From Oligoflexales bacterium (GTDB lineage Bacteria > Bdellovibrionota_B > Oligoflexia > Oligoflexales > RGVZ01): a stretch of 23,676 nucleotides of DNA. The position numbers were made by a program, and so were the translations under genes. Shown piece by piece: positions 17,640-23,676 of this stretch; within the stretch, counting starts at the first letter, position 1, and the number at the start of each line of letters is the position of its first letter. The notes under the pieces were generated by a model. That model was given only the letters and a program-made list of their open reading frames with translations. It was not told the DNA's origin and ran no database searches. The DNA lies in the NCBI GenBank assembly GCA_044236265.1, contig JBIIGV010000039.1, positions 1 to 23,676 of the forward strand, read 5' to 3'.

Positions 17640-18706
17640 TGTCGCAGCAGCATAATTTTTATGATCTTATAGTGGTCGGCGGCGGTAGCGCTGGAATGGC
17701 CGCAGCGATTCACGCGGCCCAGAGCGGTAAGCGTGTTAAGGTTTTTGATGCCGCGGGGCCCGATTTTGATAAACCGTGTGGTGAGGGTTTGATGCCGCCT
17801 GCGATTCAAGCGCTGCGCCAACTCGGTGTGAGAATGCCGGATGCAAGTCCCCTGTCTGGGGTGAGATATTTTGTTGATAGTGGTCGGTCCGCGTATGCGC
17901 CGTTCTCGAAATCACAGGCTGCCATGGGGATTCGGCGCCGACTATTACGGCAAGCGATGTGGCAGAGGGCGTCAGAACTTGGTGTGGTCATCGTTCAAGA
18001 AACCGCCGACCAAGTTTCTGTTTCCCCGGAGTCAGTCGTCGTCAATCATGATACGGCGGACTACCTATGCATAGCATCTGGAGCGCATTCTCGACTACTC
18101 AAGGATCTGGGGCTGCGCTCATCAAGACGTAAAAGACCAACAGGGCAAAGATCTGGACTAAGGCGCCACGTGAATGTGAAGCCTTGGAGTGATTGTGTTG
18201 AGGTCTATTGGCGTGATCATTGTGAGCTGTACGTCACTCCGGTGTCCGAGTCGTGCGTAAATATTGCAATCCTCAGCTGGAACCCATTCCAGTTCGACAA
18301 TATGTTGAAACTGTTTCCGGAGGTTTTGGCGAAAATTGAAGGAGCAACCTGGGGTGATGAAGCGTCGGGACGAGCGCCGCTTCTGCATCGGGCATCAAGA
18401 GTTCAATCTGGTCGGATTTTTGTAGCAGGTGATGCGGCGTTATTTCTTGATGCTATGACTGGGGAGGGAAATACGCTAGCAATCCGCAGTGGAATGGCGG
18501 TTGCCCGGGCGATAATGGATGGTCGTCCTTCTATTTATCGATGGTATTGGCTGCAAGTTGTATGGCGTTACTGGTTGTTGACTACGCCAGTTCTATTAGC
18601 AAGTCGACAGTTATGGATGCGTAACAGACTTTTGAATCTGGTGGTTGGGTTTCCCTGGCTACTGAGGATTGGAGTTGCATTTCTCAGTACGACATCAAAG
18701 CGGTGA
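17636..18706 (+). CDS. FAD-dependent oxidoreductase/monooxygenase (SrsC-like)
   Basis: DLIVVGGGSAG Rossmann motif, DKPCGEGLMP, GDAA...DAMTGEG; ATGA overlap with the methyltransferase. Confidence 0.9.
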   Translation: MMSQQHNFYDLIVVGGGSAGMAAAIHAAQSGKRVKVFDAAGPDFDKPCGEGLMPPAIQALRQLGVRMPDASPLSGVRYFVDSGRSAYAPFSKSQAAMGIRRRLLRQAMWQRASELGVVIVQETADQVSVSPESVVVNHDTADYLCIASGAHSRLLKDLGLRSSRRKRPTGQRSGLRRHVNVKPWSDCVEVYWRDHCELYVTPVSESCVNIAILSWNPFQFDNMLKLFPEVLAKIEGATWGDEASGRAPLLHRASRVQSGRIFVAGDAALFLDAMTGEGNTLAIRSGMAVARAIMDGRPSIYRWYWLQVVWRYWLLTTPVLLASRQLWMRNRLLNLVVGFPWLLRIGVAFLSTTSKR

Positions 18707-18709
18707 CAT

Positions 18710-18940
18710 CTATTGGTCTTCGAATTTGCGATCGATGAATTGTCGTAGCACGCTTACAGCCCGGTTACTGTTTTGAAGTAACTCTCTGGATTTCAATGAT
18801 GGTTGCTGGGACTCTATGCGCGTGTTGAGCTCCTTGACAACTGAGTCCAGCGTTTGTATCGCCTGAATAAGATCCTGTTTTTGCTTTCTCTCTGCGGGCG
18901 AGAGTCGGTACTCATTCAGTTGCGTCTGTAAAAACGGCAT
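18710..18940 (-). CDS. Small helical/coiled-coil hypothetical protein
   Basis: 76-aa ORF with GAGGA SD and heptad-like pattern; occupies otherwise empty space convergent with the PKS operon. Confidence 0.65.
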   Translation of the reverse strand: MPFLQTQLNEYRLSPAERKQKQDLIQAIQTLDSVVKELNTRIESQQPSLKSRELLQNSNRAVSVLRQFIDRKFEDQ

Positions 18941-19145
18941 GGATCAGATCCTCATTGTGGGTGATCGCTTTTTAATAGTTTTAATGAATAAGTCAAGAAT
19001 TTTTAAGCCTCCGAATATTTTGGGAAAATCATAATATCCCAAATATTACGATAAGTTATGGGGATTCATTCCGCGCTGGGTAGGAGCTACCCACTCCTTG
19101 TCACAGTCACAAAGTTTAAAATAAGAGCAGACGGGGGGCTCTAGG

Positions 19146-20114
19146 ATGCAGGTGGATCAGGTCATAGATATTGGCTCAGGACCAAATAGATCCTTTTGGG
19201 TTGATATTGAAAATCCAAGTAAGGCGGAGCTTGAGGCCATTGCGGCAAAATACCGTCTGCCGTATTCCGCTGTGCAGGACTGTTTGGATGCAGAGCATTT
19301 ACCGAAGTTTGAACGCTTTGGTGATTTGAATTTTATTATTGTTCGATCTTATGATGAGACGGCGGCAGCGGACTCTGACACCGTACAAGAGTTAACCCGT
19401 AAAGTTGCGCTTTTTGAATCTGAAGGATTTCTCATCACGATCCACCGGGTGAAGCAGAACTTTCTTGAGGCTTTGAAGGCCGAGTGGCGAGCGAAGTCGG
19501 CTGCAGGCGATCTATGTAAATCCAATATCGTTATGTTGAGTGTCCTTAGCGACGCGATCAAGACCTTTGAGGGCCCCATTATCAGAAATCGTAATTTGCT
19601 CGAGGATTTTGAATCGAAAGTTTTTCGCCATGCAGGTGAAACTTTGGAGGACGGATACTATTTGAAGCGTCGTGCGAGTACCTTTAAACGAATGCTCCGT
19701 ATGACGCTTGATATTCTTCCGGGGGTCACTGCCGAATACAAGGATGAGGCCAGCACACTGCAAGACGTTAAAGAGATGGGCGAGCGATTATATTTTTACG
19801 CAGATGAGTTTTTCGACAACATAACGAACTTGCTGTCGCTCTATTTGTCTTTGTCATCTCATCGTATGTCGGCGGCGAGTCACAAGACCAACGAAGTTAT
19901 GCGAATTCTGACGGTCTTCAGCGTCTTTTTCATGCCACTTAATCTGATCACCGGTATCTATGGTATGAATTTTGAGTTTATGCCTGAGTTGAAGTGGCGC
20001 CGCGGTTATCCTATGGCTATTTTTATCATGATATTGGTGACCTTTTGTATCTGGGCTTACTTTAATCGTAAGGGTGTGCTCGAGGCTAATGGCGACGAGC
20101 ACAAACTTGGCTAG
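19146..20114 (+). CDS. corA: CorA-family Mg2+/Co2+ transporter
   Basis: WVDIENP, HLPKFE, NEVMRILT, GIYGMNF, MPELKW...GY; two C-terminal TM helices. Confidence 0.93.
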   Translation: MQVDQVIDIGSGPNRSFWVDIENPSKAELEAIAAKYRLPYSAVQDCLDAEHLPKFERFGDLNFIIVRSYDETAAADSDTVQELTRKVALFESEGFLITIHRVKQNFLEALKAEWRAKSAAGDLCKSNIVMLSVLSDAIKTFEGPIIRNRNLLEDFESKVFRHAGETLEDGYYLKRRASTFKRMLRMTLDILPGVTAEYKDEASTLQDVKEMGERLYFYADEFFDNITNLLSLYLSLSSHRMSAASHKTNEVMRILTVFSVFFMPLNLITGIYGMNFEFMPELKWRRGYPMAIFIMILVTFCIWAYFNRKGVLEANGDEHKLG

Positions 20115-20118
20115 TTTA

Positions 20119-20922
20119 TTATTTTGGTGTGGCGCGCAATTTTGTGGCGACCGAAATGGCTAAGACGATCATCCCTAAACAAAGCCATTGACCCATCGTC
20201 AGTCCCAATATCAGGCCGATCTGCGGGTCTGGCTCACGCGTAAATTCAACGACGAATCTAGCTGCCGCGTAATATGCTGTGAAAGCTAAAGACATGGCCC
20301 CTGGGCGTGATAGAAGTTTCCTTCGGGAGAGCCAAAGCACAGATCCCACCGCGATGCCTTCCAACATGGCTTCGTATAACTGCGAGGGGTGTCTTGGTGC
20401 TCCATCAAATGGAGCGGGAAAAACAACAGCCCACGGCACGGTTGAAATGCGCCCAGGGAGTTCGCCGTTTACGAAGTTTGCCAATCGTCCGAGTGCAAGA
20501 ATCCAGGGAATGCAAAATGCCACGGGATCGGTTAGCGAGAAAAAATCAACGTCCCGTTTTTTAGATACATAGATCGCAGCAGCTATAATTCCAAGAAATC
20601 CACCGTGAAAACTCATACCGCCGTTCCATAAAGCGATCACCTGATTGGGGTGCTCGAGGTAGTGTAGCGGATTATAGATGAGTACGTACATCAAACGGGA
20701 TCCGATGATGATCCCGAGCCAACCCCATAGAAGGAAGTCTTGTTGGGCGGACTGATCTGCTGGTTTGGTCATAAATGGTTTTGTGTAGCGAAGCGAAACG
20801 TATACAGCAAACCATCCAAATAGATAAACCAGCCAGTACCAAGGCAGGGCCGCGTCGCCTACCTGCAGGGCGATGGGGTCGAGTTGATGGTGATACCATT
20901 GTTCAAGGCCGGCTTCTGGCAT
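20119..20922 (-). CDS. lgt: Prolipoprotein diacylglyceryl transferase
   Basis: GSRLMYV, WNGGMSFHGG, GRLANFVNGE, RHPSQLYE, RFVVEFTREPD, TMGQWL. Confidence 0.96.
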   Translation of the reverse strand: MPEAGLEQWYHHQLDPIALQVGDAALPWYWLVYLFGWFAVYVSLRYTKPFMTKPADQSAQQDFLLWGWLGIIIGSRLMYVLIYNPLHYLEHPNQVIALWNGGMSFHGGFLGIIAAAIYVSKKRDVDFFSLTDPVAFCIPWILALGRLANFVNGELPGRISTVPWAVVFPAPFDGAPRHPSQLYEAMLEGIAVGSVLWLSRRKLLSRPGAMSLAFTAYYAAARFVVEFTREPDPQIGLILGLTMGQWLCLGMIVLAISVATKLRATPK

Positions 20923-21043
20923 GGCGTCCGATGTTCTCCTTGATCGTCAATCTGGCGGGACCAATTTATTGTACCATAGGCTTTAACAGTCAAAAATCTT
21001 TTGAAAAAGTCGGAAAGTTTGTCTCTTTTAGAATAGACGTCTC

Positions 21044-21070
21044 TCACTGGTTGTCAAATCGGGCCGATCA
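21044..21070 (+). promoter_or_regulatory. Possible sigma28/FliA-type promoter
   Basis: TCAC-N15-GCCGATCA upstream of the cyclase gene. Confidence 0.4.
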
Positions 21071-21104
21071 GTAGGAATCTGTTGTTGGTCATGAGCTTCA
21101 TAGG

Positions 21105-23261
21105 TTGATATTTGATTCCATGAAAACCGGAAACGTTCGTTCAAGTCATAATCTGCCGCTCTATCGCTGGGGACTTTCTCTGGTTGCGTTGTGCTTTTGT
21201 TGGGCTATCACGCCATTTTCAATCTTTGAACGAAGCATATCTGTCGTTGATTTTGGTATGAAAGACGCAGACTCCTACATGAGCCTTGAGCAGCTCAAGT
21301 ACCGTTATGATTATGTAGGCCAAGATGAGGCGGGTTACATCTGCCCAGGGCCGGCATGTCCACTTGATCCTGGAGTCAATCCGGCTGTTTTAAAACATGA
21401 GACACTGATTCAGCGATTCTTCTCTAAAACAGTCAGTGCTGAAGGTTGGCGCGGCAAGATGTATCTTCGATGGGACACCAGTGTACCTGGTTTTGTTCGC
21501 GCCCCAGGGGAGCCGATTGCATTTGATTTTTATGGGCTTGCGGCAAAAAAATGGCGATTTTTTGTTAACGGACAGGAGATCAGCTCCGGGCAGGGGGCGC
21601 CGTCGATTGATGCCATCAATTTTCCTGCGCCGGGTCCCGCTGATTCGCGCCTGATACTAGGTTTTGAGCTTGAGGCCGGACGCAGTTTGTCACCTGGTAT
21701 TGTTGTGCTTGCGCAGCCTTTTTTAAGTCGACCACATGTTGCCAAGTATTTGCGAGCTGCATATTTGGGCCTAGACAAAGAGCACCTCATACCAATCAGC
21801 ATACCGCCGACGGTATTGGCACTTCTCGCAGCGATCAGTTGCTTTCTCACGCCTTTTTACAAAGAGATCTTGGCCTTCTCGTTTTGGGTCACGTTTATTA
21901 ATTGGCGATTTTTACTCATCAATAATTTGGTGCCGTTTCCGGGATTTCTCAATGTTGATTTCGTCACCTTCAGCTCGATGCTGATGTCGGCAACATTGGC
22001 TTGCCAGTGGGCGTTTTTAAGCTTTTTTTTCCGAGTAAAATCTAGAATTAAGTGGTTACCGGTCGCGGTCTATGGGGCGATTGTCCCTGTTCTATGGGGC
22101 GCAGGACTTACGGGAATCGGTCTCGATTTCATTGTGGGTCTTTATCGAAACTTCGAATGGCAGACAGCCTTATGCTATGCAGCGGGAGCTGTGATGGGCT
22201 TTCGCGTTTGGATGACTACTAAAAAGCTCGCGTGGGCCAAATATCGTCGGTTGGTGGCTTTCGCGGTTGCAGCGTATAGCACAGTTCTAACTGTTGCGTA
22301 TTTGCTGATGTCGTCATTTTTGTTTGGGATGCTGTCCGCTGATGGTCTGATTCCGCAAGATATTGTGTATAAATTTATGGCCTATGGTCCTCGCGGTTAT
22401 ATTCTACTTGTCGGATTTGTAATTGCTCTTGAGTGGGCGATGATCGTTCGGGATCGCCAGCGTGTTTTACAGCGGTTTGGTAAGGTCGTTGATCCCCGTT
22501 TGGTCAACGATATCATCCGTGGCCCCGAAAAAGAGTCAAAGCTAATTCCAAATGCAGTGGTTCTGTTTGTAGACATACGCATGTTCACAACTATCTGCGA
22601 AGTGATGGGTCCAGAGCGTGTCGTTAAGGTTCTGAATGAATATCTCGACGTTGTGACGACGGCGATTCAAAATCATGGTGGAGTGGTGGATAAATTCGTT
22701 GGTGATGCCGTTATGGCTATTTGGGGCGTACCAGAAAAGGGAGAGCAGGATGCTATGGCTGCAGTGAAAGCGGCCCTTGACATTAGAACGGGTATTCAGT
22801 CTCTGAATGAAAGACGCATAGCGACTGGCGAGTTTCCCATTGATGTGGGTATTGGTATCCATGCGGGACCGACTATTTTTGGAGCTATGGGTAACGGTGT
22901 GCGCGTTGACCATACGGTGATTGGACCAACTATTAATATCGCTTCCCGTTTGGAGTCGATGACCAAAGATTTTGGCTGCGATATTGTTATCTCATACAGC
23001 GTACTTGCGGATGTTGAGGGTAACGTTCTTATAGAGGATGTCGGACTAGTCGATATCCGCGGTATGGCTGCTCAGGTTGGTGCTGCAAAGCTCATCGGTG
23101 TTCAAGTGAGTGATGATGACTTTGTGATTGGTCATGACATCTTAGAGCAAGTGGTAACATTGCGCCGCCCAGGTAGAATTGTAGGGACACCAAATACCTA
23201 TGTAGATCGTAATTACCGCGGATTAACCGTTGTCGAAACCAGCACCCACTCTGCTGCCTGA
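21105..23261 (+). CDS. Membrane class III adenylate/guanylate cyclase with an extracytoplasmic sensor and about 7 TM helices; probably ATP-specific
   Basis: LFVDIRMFT, DKFVGDAVMA, GIGIHAG, DHTVIGPTINIASRLE; Lys and Thr at the substrate-specifying positions. Start may be ATG 21120. Confidence 0.92.
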   Translation: MIFDSMKTGNVRSSHNLPLYRWGLSLVALCFCWAITPFSIFERSISVVDFGMKDADSYMSLEQLKYRYDYVGQDEAGYICPGPACPLDPGVNPAVLKHETLIQRFFSKTVSAEGWRGKMYLRWDTSVPGFVRAPGEPIAFDFYGLAAKKWRFFVNGQEISSGQGAPSIDAINFPAPGPADSRLILGFELEAGRSLSPGIVVLAQPFLSRPHVAKYLRAAYLGLDKEHLIPISIPPTVLALLAAISCFLTPFYKEILAFSFWVTFINWRFLLINNLVPFPGFLNVDFVTFSSMLMSATLACQWAFLSFFFRVKSRIKWLPVAVYGAIVPVLWGAGLTGIGLDFIVGLYRNFEWQTALCYAAGAVMGFRVWMTTKKLAWAKYRRLVAFAVAAYSTVLTVAYLLMSSFLFGMLSADGLIPQDIVYKFMAYGPRGYILLVGFVIALEWAMIVRDRQRVLQRFGKVVDPRLVNDIIRGPEKESKLIPNAVVLFVDIRMFTTICEVMGPERVVKVLNEYLDVVTTAIQNHGGVVDKFVGDAVMAIWGVPEKGEQDAMAAVKAALDIRTGIQSLNERRIATGEFPIDVGIGIHAGPTIFGAMGNGVRVDHTVIGPTINIASRLESMTKDFGCDIVISYSVLADVEGNVLIEDVGLVDIRGMAAQVGAAKLIGVQVSDDDFVIGHDILEQVVTLRRPGRIVGTPNTYVDRNYRGLTVVETSTHSAA

Positions 23262-23323
23262 CTTTAAGCCATTATCAAAAAACTTAGTGATCTTCTTGTC
23301 CTGGTCGTAGCATAATAGACCCC

Positions 23324-23676
23324 ATGACTAGTGAAAAATTCTCTTTATATCCGCAGTTTGAAACAGTCGGCGATCGTACAATAGTGTGTCTCGACAGTTC
23401 GCTGCAGCCAGCTTTGGATCTACTCCGCAAGATGAATTCGGCGGAGATTATAGCGAAAGCTGACGAAATAAGGCACCCCGAACGCCAACGGGAGTGGATT
23501 CTTAGCCGAATGCTCATGCGCGAAATTGCAGGATACATTCCCGATAAGGGTGAGCACGGCGAGCTTATTTGGCGCGATGAACACGCAGGAAGTCTGACGC
23601 ATAAAAAAGGCCATGTGGCTCTTGCATGGCGAGCTGTCGCATCTAAGTCAGATGATCCCGGTATTGACTTAGAGTC
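23324..23676 (+). CDS. 4'-phosphopantetheinyl transferase (Sfp/EntD type), partial (runs off window end)
   Basis: Not in the ORF track. Manual translation MTSEKFSLY...HPERQREWILSRMLMR...KGEHGELIW...GSLTHKKG...PGIDLE, open to the window end. Confidence 0.85.
   Translation, partial: MTSEKFSLYPQFETVGDRTIVCLDSSLQPALDLLRKMNSAEIIAKADEIRHPERQREWILSRMLMREIAGYIPDKGEHGELIWRDEHAGSLTHKKGHVALAWRAVASKSDDPGIDLE

Noticed and set aside
23284..23614. Minus-strand 84-aa and 64-aa ORFs, and the other short ORFs nested in long genes
   Set aside because: Shadow frames of better-supported CDSs, here the plus-strand PPTase.
16060..23676. PPTase as part of the type III PKS cluster
   Set aside because: Separated by corA, lgt and the cyclase; no ACP gene in the window, and such PKSs commonly use acyl-CoA.

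Overview
Gene-dense bacterial window whose content (two TIGR02147/DUF4423 HTH genes, GNGG-type secreted proteins, many lipoproteins, sigma28-like promoters) suggests Bdellovibrionota/Oligoflexia; this is an inference. In order it holds: a partial secreted protein; a membrane PP2C/SpoIIE phosphatase; a clostripain (C11)-like lipoprotein with about 12 GL[DE]Kx pentapeptide repeats inserted between its catalytic His and Cys; a divergently transcribed gingipain (C25)-like protease with a C-terminal P domain; a lipoprotein/TIGR02147/lipoprotein operon; a cNMP-binding protein; a patatin-like lipoprotein; a second TIGR02147 operon (HExxH domain plus beta-barrel protein, beta-propeller-like lipoprotein); a type III PKS/ICMT-methyltransferase/FAD-oxidoreductase cluster whose ribosome-binding site lies in a 17-bp RNA stem; corA; lgt; a membrane class III cyclase sharing its sensor domain with the PP2C; and a partial phosphopantetheinyl transferase. 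No rRNA, tRNA, CRISPR array or mobile element was seen. All family assignments come from reading motifs by eye, not from database searches.
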